A stretch of 43,650 nucleotides of DNA from an uncultured Candidatus Bathyarchaeia archaeon (GTDB lineage Archaea > Thermoproteota > Bathyarchaeia > Bathyarchaeales > Bathyarchaeaceae): contig CAYFTS010000084.1 of the NCBI GenBank assembly GCA_964346135.1, positions 1 through 43,650 of the forward strand, given 5' to 3'. Below, in pieces: positions 7,548 to 15,673 of the stretch. The notes beneath the pieces were generated by a model. The model made no database searches, was not told the DNA's origin, and saw nothing but the letters and a program-made list of their open reading frames with translations. The translations under genes and the position numbers were made by a program. Every line of letters begins with the position of its first letter. Positions within the stretch are counted from its first letter, which is position 1.

Positions 7548-9060
7548 ATGAAACGTGTAGTTTCTTATGTAGGGCTCCTGCTAGCGATTCGCCCATCTCT
7601 GTCAGGCTAACTGAATCCTCTCGCAAATTGAAATATCTTGTTTTCGGAGATTGTTTTGCATCTTCGTTTACCCACACTCTTACAGATTCTGGAACTTCTG
7701 ATAATTTGATAGATACCTTACTGTATAAGGTTCTCAAGAAATCAAATCTTTGCCCAACCTCTTCGTTCTGTCTAACAAGTTTTCGTATGCTTCTAGCTGG
7801 AACTCTTCTTACAATTTCTTCTAGGTCAGATGGCTTTATCTCGCCTCCTCTCAATATCATTTTTAGAAATGGAAATCCAAAGTATAGGAAGACCAAGAAC
7901 ACAGCTATTAGGACAATCATCGACACATTGAAAAATGTTCTCCAAGCCATTTTCTCGCTTAAACCGATCCACTCAAGAGTGGGTATGCCAAGAAAAATGA
8001 AAAGAAGCGTAACTACTACAAAAATAGATGAAGTGAGATGTTTTCTTCTAAAGAACAACTCTATTGGGATAAATGGCAATGAAACCACCATTATTGCAGC
8101 AAATAAAACCACAATATCACCTCCCAAACCATGGAAAGTGATGTATACCCAGTTAAGAAAAGGAATGGAGATTTTCAGTAAGGCCAATGAGGTCAAGAAT
8201 CCTATAAAAACCAGAGCTAACCACAAGGGTTCCCACTTTTCTTTACTGTTTAAAGTAGGTTTGTATTCTTTTGAAATGATTGTCGGTGCATATTCGCCGC
8301 GCTTTCCTTCTTCAGGCAGCTTGCCTTTAGGTTCTATTTCTGCAATAGCAGTGCCGAAAATTGAGCCAACTATCTTAATGCTAGAGTAGTTGCCTTCCTC
8401 CAACATAACTCGCAGCGGTTTCTTAGCTCGTTCTGAGGCCAAAAAAATAAGTTCTTGAGCGAGCCAACGCGTTGTCTTTGTCGCTTCATCACTCCTAACT
8501 AGTGCCTCAATGCTTTCTTTTCCTTTTTTGTATGCAATTGAGAATGTGAGTAACAAAAGCAATGCTAAGCCAGTAAAAATCCATGACAAGAATTCTAGAT
8601 TGAGGACCTGAGCAAGAAGAATTCCAAATGGACTAATGATTAGGCCACCGAGGATTAAAAGGTTCTGTGTGCGATTTGGCAGTCTGTACTTTCTCAATAT
8701 TTCGTCCCAATTAGTCTGACACTTGCCACCTATCAGATTGACGACTTTTGTGACGTTCCCAGAATAGAAAAATTGTTGACTGGGGACTTTTTTCGAACCG
8801 ACTATACTCAGCCAGTAAATAGCCTTTGTTAAGTCTGATATTAGTACATCATCAATAGTTCCCTTAACCAGCTTCGACGCGCGTCGAAATTCAAAACAGA
8901 TATAAAGCGAAAAAATTGCAAAATCGCCTACGAACCAAAACAGCGACCATGGAGGTAGGTTTAACATAAAGGGGACAAATAAGGTTACAACCCATAACAT
9001 TATGAAAACGAGCATTCTAGGCAGAAGTTTTCTGTACGTGTAGATAACATCAGCGCCCAT
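7546..9060 (-). CDS. 504-aa polytopic membrane protein, function unknown (element cargo)
   Basis: Long ORF with about 10 hydrophobic helices in two blocks, separated and followed by soluble segments. The stop codon TAA (7546-7548) overlaps the first two nt of the repeat. Confidence 0.7.
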   Translation of the reverse strand: MGADVIYTYRKLLPRMLVFIMLWVVTLFVPFMLNLPPWSLFWFVGDFAIFSLYICFEFRRASKLVKGTIDDVLISDLTKAIYWLSIVGSKKVPSQQFFYSGNVTKVVNLIGGKCQTNWDEILRKYRLPNRTQNLLILGGLIISPFGILLAQVLNLEFLSWIFTGLALLLLLTFSIAYKKGKESIEALVRSDEATKTTRWLAQELIFLASERAKKPLRVMLEEGNYSSIKIVGSIFGTAIAEIEPKGKLPEEGKRGEYAPTIISKEYKPTLNSKEKWEPLWLALVFIGFLTSLALLKISIPFLNWVYITFHGLGGDIVVLFAAIMVVSLPFIPIELFFRRKHLTSSIFVVVTLLFIFLGIPTLEWIGLSEKMAWRTFFNVSMIVLIAVFLVFLYFGFPFLKMILRGGEIKPSDLEEIVRRVPARSIRKLVRQNEEVGQRFDFLRTLYSKVSIKLSEVPESVRVWVNEDAKQSPKTRYFNLREDSVSLTEMGESLAGALHKKLHVS

Positions 9061-9988
9061 ACAACATAATACGCTTCCCGAAGTTTTAATCTTTTCTACA
9101 GAATACTCATATAGCCTTGAAAAATGTCCACAGATTAATGAGAAATCAATTTGGCTAATCTTTCTCCCTTTTCTGAACTAACAAAGCCTACGCTTTTGTA
9201 ATATCTTCCTACATTTGGAGACTTTGATACTGTAAGCACATATGCGCCATCATAAGGACCATTAATCCGAGAAAACATGCCCATCTTGTAAAGTAAGAAT
9301 TTGATTTTCTCCAATCCTGAAAGGTTGACGGATTTGAAGGTTATTTCTTTTTTGCTCTTCGAAACGTGGCCTTCTCCATCTCCAAAGCATCTGATCCATT
9401 CTCTTCTAACATTTAAATCGCCATTCATAATTTCGGAAGGAATAGTCCAGTTGTGGCTATCGTAAGGACCATATCTTAGCAAATCATTAACAACAGCTAC
9501 CCGTCTAATCTCCACTCTTCCTCGTTTATAATCAATCCAAGGTTCATAATCATACACTTGCTTTACATGTTCGGCAAAATCTCTTAAGAGAACAGGATCA
9601 GTATTCCAAAATTCTAAGCCAACACGCCGATAACTCTCAGTTCGACAAGGTTTGCTCGCCTTTCTATTTCCTTCCGCAACTAAATACGCGTGAATCCCTG
9701 CTTTAGCAACACTCATTTCACTTGCATGTGGAGGCAAAGGACGCCTAACGCCCATAAAGCTTCTAGGACCAAGCCAAGCCGTATACCTTACCACGGTTCG
9801 TTTACCTATCCCGAGAACAGAAGCTATCTCAGAATTCGTCATGCCTTTCCGTTTCATATCCTTTGCTTTTTCTATTACTGAACTATGGATTCTCATCTTA
9901 AGATAAGAAAGGCTACATGTATACATAAAACTATGTTCACTTGGCGATGTGGAAAAATACGCGCTCCTATTAGACCCAGGTTCAAGGG
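7548..9988. mobile_element. 2.44-kb insertion bounded by tRNA-Asp 3'-end repeats (integrase-less integrated element)
   Basis: Flanked by the 20-nt direct repeat (7528-7547 versus 9989-9996 plus 10027-10038). Carries only two genes, collinear with the tRNA. No recombinase gene lies inside. Confidence 0.5.
9135..9896 (-). CDS. HTH plus double-LAGLIDADG (homing-endonuclease-like) protein
   Basis: N-terminal HTH (MTNSEIASVLGIGKRTVVRY), then two LAGLIDADG-type motifs (IHAYLVAEGN and WIRCFGDGEGHV). Start set at ATG 9896, because the track start at 10013 runs into the tRNA. Confidence 0.75.
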   Translation of the reverse strand: MRIHSSVIEKAKDMKRKGMTNSEIASVLGIGKRTVVRYTAWLGPRSFMGVRRPLPPHASEMSVAKAGIHAYLVAEGNRKASKPCRTESYRRVGLEFWNTDPVLLRDFAEHVKQVYDYEPWIDYKRGRVEIRRVAVVNDLLRYGPYDSHNWTIPSEIMNGDLNVRREWIRCFGDGEGHVSKSKKEITFKSVNLSGLEKIKFLLYKMGMFSRINGPYDGAYVLTVSKSPNVGRYYKSVGFVSSEKGERLAKLISH

Positions 9989-10096
9989 TGGCGCCCTTCG
10001 GCGGAAAAGACAACTCTTCTTTTCCTTGGCCGGGATTTGAACCCGGGTCGGGCGGGCGACAGCCGCCTATACTAGACCGGACTATACTACCAGGGC
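9989..10096 (-). tRNA. tRNA-Asp (anticodon GTC) with a 30-nt intron at 68/69 and encoded CCA
   Basis: Hand-folded cloverleaf. Acceptor GCCCTGG pairs with CCAGGGC only after 9997-10026 is removed. Anticodon arm is GGCGG-CTGTCGC-CCGCC; T arm is CCGGG-TTCAAAT-CCCGG; discriminator G plus CCA. Confidence 0.85.
9997..10026 (-). other. non-canonical bulge-helix-bulge tRNA intron
   Basis: The intron is AGGAAAAGAAGAGTTGTCTTTTCCGCCGAA. An 8-bp inner helix (GGAAAAGA/TCTTTTCC) is followed by a 3-nt bulge CA|A, a 4-bp helix (exon CGGC with intron GCCG), a 3-nt bulge AA|G, and CC:GG. This gives a 3-4-3 BHB with cleavage exactly at 68|69. Confidence 0.75.
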
Positions 10097-10319
10097 ATCA
10101 GCTTTGTAATTGACAAAACTACTCTACTTAAGTTTTTCATTGGCGTTGCTTTCGAGCTTAACATCACAAAGCGTTTCATACATCAAGATACGCTGTTTCT
10201 CACCATGACAAGCATGCGGACCCAAATTATGAGTATTCGAAGAAAGTTTTGGTCACAACGTGAAGTTCAGATGCATAAGGGCGCCTTGGTATCATGTTTT
10301 TGGAGTTTGGACGACTTTT

Positions 10320-10484
10320 ATGCAGCTAGTTTTCGCGTCAATAATTTTTGTGGTTATAGCGTTTATGTGGATTCAAGTATTGGATGTTGGAACTTGGGTC
10401 AAATGGCTGTTGCCCACATATAAGATGGAGCATGATGCTATGATAACAGCGGATCAAGAGTCTAGAGGTTTCAAAAACGACTGA
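10320..10484 (+). CDS. possible small single-pass membrane protein
   Basis: An ATG-started 54-aa portion of track ORF 10260..10484, with one clear TM helix (LVFASIIFVVIAFMWIQVL). There is no other support. Confidence 0.25.
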   Translation: MQLVFASIIFVVIAFMWIQVLDVGTWVKWLLPTYKMEHDAMITADQESRGFKND

Positions 10485-10544
10485 TAATGCTGTATGAATT
10501 TTTGTCGTTTGCAGTTCTTCTTATACTATTTTGGGTGTAAGGTT

Positions 10545-11648
10545 TTAGTAGTTCTTTGGTTCTGGATCCCTTATGAGTGACCCGGCTGCACAGTGGATTG
10601 TTCCGCTGTTCCTAGGAAGTACGAGGCTTGAGCATTCCACTTCGACCACTTCGACGCCTATGCTTTCAAGCCATTTCGTAGCTTTGGGATTCCCCTTTGG
10701 CACTAGAATTTTCATGGGTTCAAGGACAACCCCAGTCTCTGGACCTATTTTCTGATCTCGAGTCCAGTAACTGCGACATATTTCGTCTGGAGGTATTATG
10801 AACTTCCAGTCCATTTCCGCCTTCATCCAGTCCACCAAGTACGGGTCCAAGTATTTTGGGTCTTGGACGGCTGTGTGTCTGTCTATCATGACGTAACCTA
10901 GATTGAGTATTCCTAGGCGGCCTCCGTAGCCTGGGAGAATTCTAATATCAACCTCTGGGTCCTGTAACTTCACTATTCTTGCGAGCTGGATGTGACCAAA
11001 CTCATTTGCACGCATAACTTCAGTTTTCCTAGTGTTTGCACGAGGATAGTGTACAGCTATGACCAAGTGTTTCTCATCTAGCCAGGCTATGGTACCTCCC
11101 TCCGTCATGCCATTGCCCACGATCATACCGACAACTGGGCACCCAATTTCTGCGAGAGTCTGATAGGTGGGGGCTTCCTCTCCTTTGCGTATATTATCAT
11201 ACATGCGTAGTATGACTTCGCCGTAGACTGCTGGACGACATACGTCGTCGGTGTATATTGATTTCACTTGGTAGGGTGGGTCGTTTGGATCAGGTTTTCG
11301 AATGACGACTTCTACGCCTTCATCTTTGTAGGCTTTTACGAGATTTTCGTGGTGTTCAATAATCTCGTCCAGGTTGGGCTTTTCTGACATTCTCCAAGCT
11401 GCTAATGAGCTATCGTGGGGAGGCCAAGGCGTGGGTTTGCCAACACTTAAAAACTCTTTGCCAGGACGATGTAACAGCACCATTCTGAGTTTGCCGATGT
11501 TGGTGTTAGCCTTCCATTTCTTGCCCCAATATTTTTTCATTTCATCTTCAAAGTTCGAGAGAATCTGTGGATGATATTTCATGTATTGTTCATGAAGAGT
11601 CAAACCAGTATTTTTCTTAAAAGGGTCTTCCGCTTCTGTCATAAACAT
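10545..11648 (-). CDS. amidinotransferase / arginine deiminase-like (GME superfamily) enzyme
   Basis: 367 aa. The C-terminal NSGTIHCAAGSL motif with its catalytic Cys is typical of the guanidino-group-modifying enzyme fold. Confidence 0.75.
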   Translation of the reverse strand: MFMTEAEDPFKKNTGLTLHEQYMKYHPQILSNFEDEMKKYWGKKWKANTNIGKLRMVLLHRPGKEFLSVGKPTPWPPHDSSLAAWRMSEKPNLDEIIEHHENLVKAYKDEGVEVVIRKPDPNDPPYQVKSIYTDDVCRPAVYGEVILRMYDNIRKGEEAPTYQTLAEIGCPVVGMIVGNGMTEGGTIAWLDEKHLVIAVHYPRANTRKTEVMRANEFGHIQLARIVKLQDPEVDIRILPGYGGRLGILNLGYVMIDRHTAVQDPKYLDPYLVDWMKAEMDWKFIIPPDEICRSYWTRDQKIGPETGVVLEPMKILVPKGNPKATKWLESIGVEVVEVECSSLVLPRNSGTIHCAAGSLIRDPEPKNY

Positions 11649-11819
11649 AACCAGCTCAGAGTCAATATGCTAGAATAAAAAATTTGTGTGTGTTTTATCA
11701 TATGTTTGAGAAGGTGTTCATGGAAGAGAGGTGTCTGATAGATAGGCTCTACTATTTTTTGTATAGATTCTATCATTTCATTTTAGTCAGTTTTTAGTTT
11801 TGACTTCAACAAGACATTG

Positions 11820-11897
11820 TGGCGGGCCCGGCGGGAATTGAACCCACGACCCCCGGGTTAAAAGCCCGGTGCTCTATCCTTGCTGAGCTACGGGCCC
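11820..11897 (-). tRNA. tRNA-Lys (anticodon TTT), CCA encoded
   Basis: Minus strand reads GGGCCCGTAGCTCAGCAAGGATAGAGCACCGGGCTTTTAACCCGGGGGTCGTGGGTTCAATTCCCGCCGGGCCCGCCA. The acceptor stem is perfect and the anticodon loop is CTTTTAA. Confidence 0.9.
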
Positions 11898-12032
11898 ACG
11901 TACGACTTTCATTATTGGAAGCATAAATTAAGGTTTTCTCGTCGTATAATAAGTCATATTCAATAGCCGTGTCAACCAAAGTCTCTTGGCAAAAATAAAA
12001 ATGTGAATCCCCCTACTTTATTATGAAAAATA

Positions 12033-12650
12033 ATGACAGTGAAGAAAATTTTAGAAGAATTACTGAAAGAAAGGGCTCCAGGACCTTCTCCATCATTCTC
12101 CATCTTCCATGTAGTGAAAGCATTGGAGTTAACTGCAAAAGAGGGGCCAATAGGAAGAGGAAAGTTATCTAAAAAGTTGAGAACAGGCGAGGGAGCAACC
12201 CGCACACTCCTCAACAGATTAATAGACGCAGGATTAATCGTCACATCCAAGCCAGGCTGTTCACTAACTAAAAAGGGAGAGACAATCTGGAACGATTTTC
12301 AGTCAATCTTCCGACAAAAAGTTAAGCTGGAAAAGAGCGAGCTAACACTTGCCAACTACAACATTGCAGTGCTGATTAAAGGTTGCGGAGACAAAGTGAA
12401 GACAGGAATAGAACAGCGTGACGCAGCACTCTTGGCTGGTGCTAAAGGAGCAACCACCTTAATATTCAAGAACCAAACGTTAATTCAGCCAGGAATAAGT
12501 GAAAACGTGGCTCAGGATTTTCCAGAAACCTTCAACCAAATCACTAGACAATTAGAGCTGGAAGAGAACGATGTGGTTGTAATTGGAAGTGCGGATACGT
12601 GGGAGAAGGCGGAATATGGAGCGTTAGCAGCTGGTTGGACACTTATCTAG
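12033..12650 (+). CDS. winged-helix DNA-binding protein (DUF4443-like)
   Basis: The N-terminal segment GPIGRGKLSKKLRTGEGATRTLLNRLIDAGLI looks like a wHTH. The C-terminal domain is unassigned. The family name is from memory only. Confidence 0.65.
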   Translation: MTVKKILEELLKERAPGPSPSFSIFHVVKALELTAKEGPIGRGKLSKKLRTGEGATRTLLNRLIDAGLIVTSKPGCSLTKKGETIWNDFQSIFRQKVKLEKSELTLANYNIAVLIKGCGDKVKTGIEQRDAALLAGAKGATTLIFKNQTLIQPGISENVAQDFPETFNQITRQLELEENDVVVIGSADTWEKAEYGALAAGWTLI

Positions 12651-12659
12651 AATAACGCG

Positions 12660-13421
12660 TTAAAACGTGAATTTTTCGCCTTCGGTGGAAACACGTTCTA
12701 GCATAGCATTAAGGTTTGTCATTCCCTCGTTGGTTTTTGCAGAAACTGGTATCAAAAGAAACTTCAATCCTAGTCGGTAAACGGCATGCGCCATATCGCG
12801 GCTTAGCAAACGTTTTGTTCCATTTAATTTTTCTTCAATAGCCGTTTCCAGAGCGTTAGGACTAGCAGACCAATCTACTATGCGGTTGATGTTTTCTGAT
12901 GGAAGAAGGTCACATTTAGACAGCACATAAGTCTGTGGAACGAAGAAGCGGTTGTAGACAGCGGCTGAAAGAAACAAGTTTGAAACGTAATTGAGAGGAT
13001 TAGAACAGAAAACAGAATCGAATAAGTACAGAATTGCCTTAGTTTCCTTAGTTAACTCGCTGACAATGTAAGGTCCACTCGCTCGAAAAGCAAAAAGCTC
13101 CATCTGACCCGGCGTATCCACAAGCACAATATCAGGACTAAGATTTTCAATTTCCTCTCCAATCATTTCTGTTTCTTCCGCAATCAAATCCGCCGCCATC
13201 ACCAAAGCGCCGTTGGGTCCAAGTCCATGTTTCTTCATGATTTCTTCAATGCTGACATAATCGCGGACATCAATGTCCGGTGAATATGGTAAAGTTAGAG
13301 CTCCCGGGTCCAAGTTTAAGATTATAGCTTTTTGTTTCGTAATTTTCAGCCAGTCAGCAAAAGAAGCGGTGAGAAGAGACTTGCCTGAGCCAGCGGTTCC
13401 TATGATAAACACGGTGAACAT
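12660..13421 (-). CDS. GPN-loop GTPase
   Basis: P-loop GTAGSGKS, NLDPG, and the signature LGPNGA (GPN) motif. At 253 aa it is typical of archaeal GPN GTPases. Confidence 0.9.
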   Translation of the reverse strand: MFTVFIIGTAGSGKSLLTASFADWLKITKQKAIILNLDPGALTLPYSPDIDVRDYVSIEEIMKKHGLGPNGALVMAADLIAEETEMIGEEIENLSPDIVLVDTPGQMELFAFRASGPYIVSELTKETKAILYLFDSVFCSNPLNYVSNLFLSAAVYNRFFVPQTYVLSKCDLLPSENINRIVDWSASPNALETAIEEKLNGTKRLLSRDMAHAVYRLGLKFLLIPVSAKTNEGMTNLNAMLERVSTEGEKFTF

Positions 13422-13540
13422 TTCTTAATCAATTCCCCTGTAAAGTAAAGAGGTTTCGATAAAGAATTCGTTGCAATCTCTTATTTGTTTTTCATAGGAA
13501 GTTGATTGAGCAGCTGATTTGCAACTATTACAGACACATC

Positions 13541-13936
13541 CTATACGAGATAGGTAAGAGTGCTTTCCTGAAGTTCGTGCCCAAACGCTTTCCAAACCAG
13601 CCTCAGTATGTCTGTGAAAACTTTTTGAACAAACTCTTCAACTGATGCATAGCCTAATGCAGATTCTTTTATGAGATTCCAAATTTGTTGGTACTCTTCT
13701 TCAGATATTGAAATTTCAATTGTATTTCCGAAGCATCTCACGTCATCATCACTCAAAGGTTGCAAGGTCTCATGCGAGTATGCTTTCTTGATAATTTTGT
13801 ATATTCGAATGAGCTCATCTTCGAGCTGAAACTTGATGAAGAGTTTAGCCAAACCATTCCCTGCTCTTAACAGACTCTTAAGATGTTTTAAGGGATATTT
13901 CGATGCTCGAAATGATGTGGATTTTGATGTGCGCAC
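13541..13936 (-). CDS. hypothetical helical protein (start uncertain)
   Basis: The track ORF has no internal ATG and a TTG start at 14056 that overlaps the nitroreductase gene. GTG at 13936 or TTG further in are alternatives. The C-terminal 100 aa look protein-like. Confidence 0.35.
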   Translation of the reverse strand: MRTSKSTSFRASKYPLKHLKSLLRAGNGLAKLFIKFQLEDELIRIYKIIKKAYSHETLQPLSDDDVRCFGNTIEISISEEEYQQIWNLIKESALGYASVEEFVQKVFTDILRLVWKAFGHELQESTLTYLV

Positions 13937-13987
13937 AAGCAAAAAAGATAAAACTGGAGTTTCTGACGTAATGATTGAGGCTTTTGA

Positions 13988-14512
13988 ATGGGAGTCTTTG
14001 AGATCATAAGAAAGAGACGTAGCATCCGACTTTACGAGGAAAAACCTGTGGAGCAAGAGAAGCTTAATCGCGTCTTGGAGGCAGGTAGGTTAGCGCCATC
14101 CGCTGATAATTGCCAACCTTGGCGATTCGTAGTTGCAATTAATGATGAAGTCAAAGAGAAACTCAGGGCTTCTTATGACGAAGAATGGTTCGTCTCTGCG
14201 CCCGTGATAATCATAGGTTGCGCTGTTCCCAAGGAAGGTTGGGTGAGGATGGACGGCCAAGAATACTGGATGGTAGATGTCGCTATTGCTATGCAGAACA
14301 TGATTTTAGTAGCCACAGAATTAGGTTTGGGAACCTGTTGGGTCGCCGATTTCGACGAAGAAGCCGCTAGAAAAGCACTTAAGTTGCCTCCAAGCGTTCG
14401 GGTGGTAGCTATGACACCTCTGGGTTATCCAGCCGTAGAGAAGCGTCCAGTTAGGAATAGAAAACCGCTTAGCGAGATAGTTCACTATAATAGTTGGCGC
14501 GCAGGCTGCTAG
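13988..14512 (+). CDS. nitroreductase family protein
   Basis: RRSIRLY near the N-terminus, APSADNCQPWRFVV, and the C-terminal LGYP motif are typical of the FMN nitroreductase fold. Confidence 0.9.
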   Translation: MGVFEIIRKRRSIRLYEEKPVEQEKLNRVLEAGRLAPSADNCQPWRFVVAINDEVKEKLRASYDEEWFVSAPVIIIGCAVPKEGWVRMDGQEYWMVDVAIAMQNMILVATELGLGTCWVADFDEEAARKALKLPPSVRVVAMTPLGYPAVEKRPVRNRKPLSEIVHYNSWRAGC

Positions 14513-14547
14513 CGGAAATCGCCAACCTTGTAATGCACACATGGTTC

Positions 14548-15672
14548 TTAGAGTGCTTCTGCAACTATCTCAGTGAGGTCGCTGACAGGAAGCAACTGAG
14601 CTTGGCGGCTAGCCTCATCCAGATTAAGACAGCAGAATGGACAGCTTGTGACTAATAGGTCTGCCTTTGTCCGAGACGCTTCCTCCATCCTTGAAACTCC
14701 AATTTTCGATGTTACGTCTGAGAAAGCAGCTTTGACTCCTCCACCAGCTCCACAGCACTGGGAGTTTTCTCGATTATGAGGCATCTCCACCAGTTTCAGA
14801 CCTGGTATACTTAATAAAACATTTCGAGGAGACTCGTATATGTTGAAGCGTCGACCGAGATGACAAGAATCATGAAAAGTAACCTTAAGCCCAACCTGCT
14901 TAGTTAGCTTAAGCTTGCTTGTTTGCAAGAGTTGATTGATAAAATCGCTTATGTGAACTACTTCAAAAGGAAAGTCTTCAACAAGTTTCGGGTAATCCTC
15001 TTTGAGAGTTAAATAACATCCCGGACAAACCGTTACTATTTTTTTAACTCCCAATTCCTTGAAGCTCTTCGTGTTTTGTTGAGCCAGTTTTTTAACGGTG
15101 GGAGTTTGACCCGTTCTCATTAACACGGAACCGCAACAAAGCTCCTGTGCCCCAAGAGTGGTATATTCTACGCCAGCCGCTGCCAAGATTTTTTCAACAG
15201 ACTGCACGATGCTGGGTCTGCGGTAGGATAGGACACAACCCACAAAATATAAGACTTCAGCGCTACTAGGATTTTTGCGCTGGTAGGAGGAAGGTCTTTC
15301 AGCTCTGGGAAGTCCGAAGGGGTTGCCCTCTGCTAATATTTTTTCGGCAATTTTCTGATGCTTGTCAAGCGGCGCTTGCTTTTGTTTCACTAGGCTTTCT
15401 CGAACACATTCGTAAACATCAGTGGTTCGAACTAACGCTGGACATGAAGTTTCGCAAGCTTTGCATAGACTGCAGCAGTAAAGTCTATCCAGAACCGCAC
15501 TTGTGACATTTATGTCGTCTTCTATCAATGACTTGATCAGAATCATTCTTCCACGAGTGCCCCATGACTCGTTCTGTTTTACCTTAAAGACGGGACACTG
15601 GGCTCTGCAGTAACCACACCTAAAACATCGATAAACTTCGATCTCGAGTTCCTCTGGCAGTTTGATGCCCAT
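14548..15672 (-). CDS. (Fe-S)-binding CCG-domain oxidoreductase subunit (GlcF/LutA/HdrD-like)
   Basis: Two ferredoxin motifs (CFRCGYCRAQCP, CSLCKACETSCP) are followed by two cysteine-rich CCG-type domains (CCGS..., CCGAGGG). Confidence 0.9.
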   Translation of the reverse strand: MGIKLPEELEIEVYRCFRCGYCRAQCPVFKVKQNESWGTRGRMILIKSLIEDDINVTSAVLDRLYCCSLCKACETSCPALVRTTDVYECVRESLVKQKQAPLDKHQKIAEKILAEGNPFGLPRAERPSSYQRKNPSSAEVLYFVGCVLSYRRPSIVQSVEKILAAAGVEYTTLGAQELCCGSVLMRTGQTPTVKKLAQQNTKSFKELGVKKIVTVCPGCYLTLKEDYPKLVEDFPFEVVHISDFINQLLQTSKLKLTKQVGLKVTFHDSCHLGRRFNIYESPRNVLLSIPGLKLVEMPHNRENSQCCGAGGGVKAAFSDVTSKIGVSRMEEASRTKADLLVTSCPFCCLNLDEASRQAQLLPVSDLTEIVAEAL

Positions 15673-15673
15673 G

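Noticed and set aside
7628-8389. A 253-aa plus-strand ORF.
   Set aside because: It is antisense to, and wholly inside, the 504-aa membrane gene. Its low-complexity translation is an antisense shadow of the membrane gene. The same applies to 15708..16385, 30332..30880, 20566..20919, 33837..34229 and 41222..41608.
8873-8888. A perfect 16-nt GC-rich palindrome, TTCGACGCGCGTCGAA, inside the element's membrane gene.
   Set aside because: About 0.7 perfect 16-nt palindromes are expected by chance in a window this size, and it lies within a CDS. It is noted as a possible endonuclease or regulator site but is not supportable.
9897-10013. The 39-aa N-terminal extension of track ORF 9135..10013.
   Set aside because: It runs through tRNA-Asp exon 2 and part of the intron. 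ATG 9896 (MRIHSS...) directly precedes the HTH and is the plausible start.
7536-10038. First reading: tRNA-Asp split by a giant 2.5-kb intron, or a split tRNA, with the true 3' end at 7528.
   Set aside because: A local 30-nt BHB intron (9997-10026) followed by GGGCGCCA at 9989-9996 restores a perfect tRNA. The distal copy is therefore not needed for function and is better read as a displaced repeat. I could not build a BHB across the distal junction.
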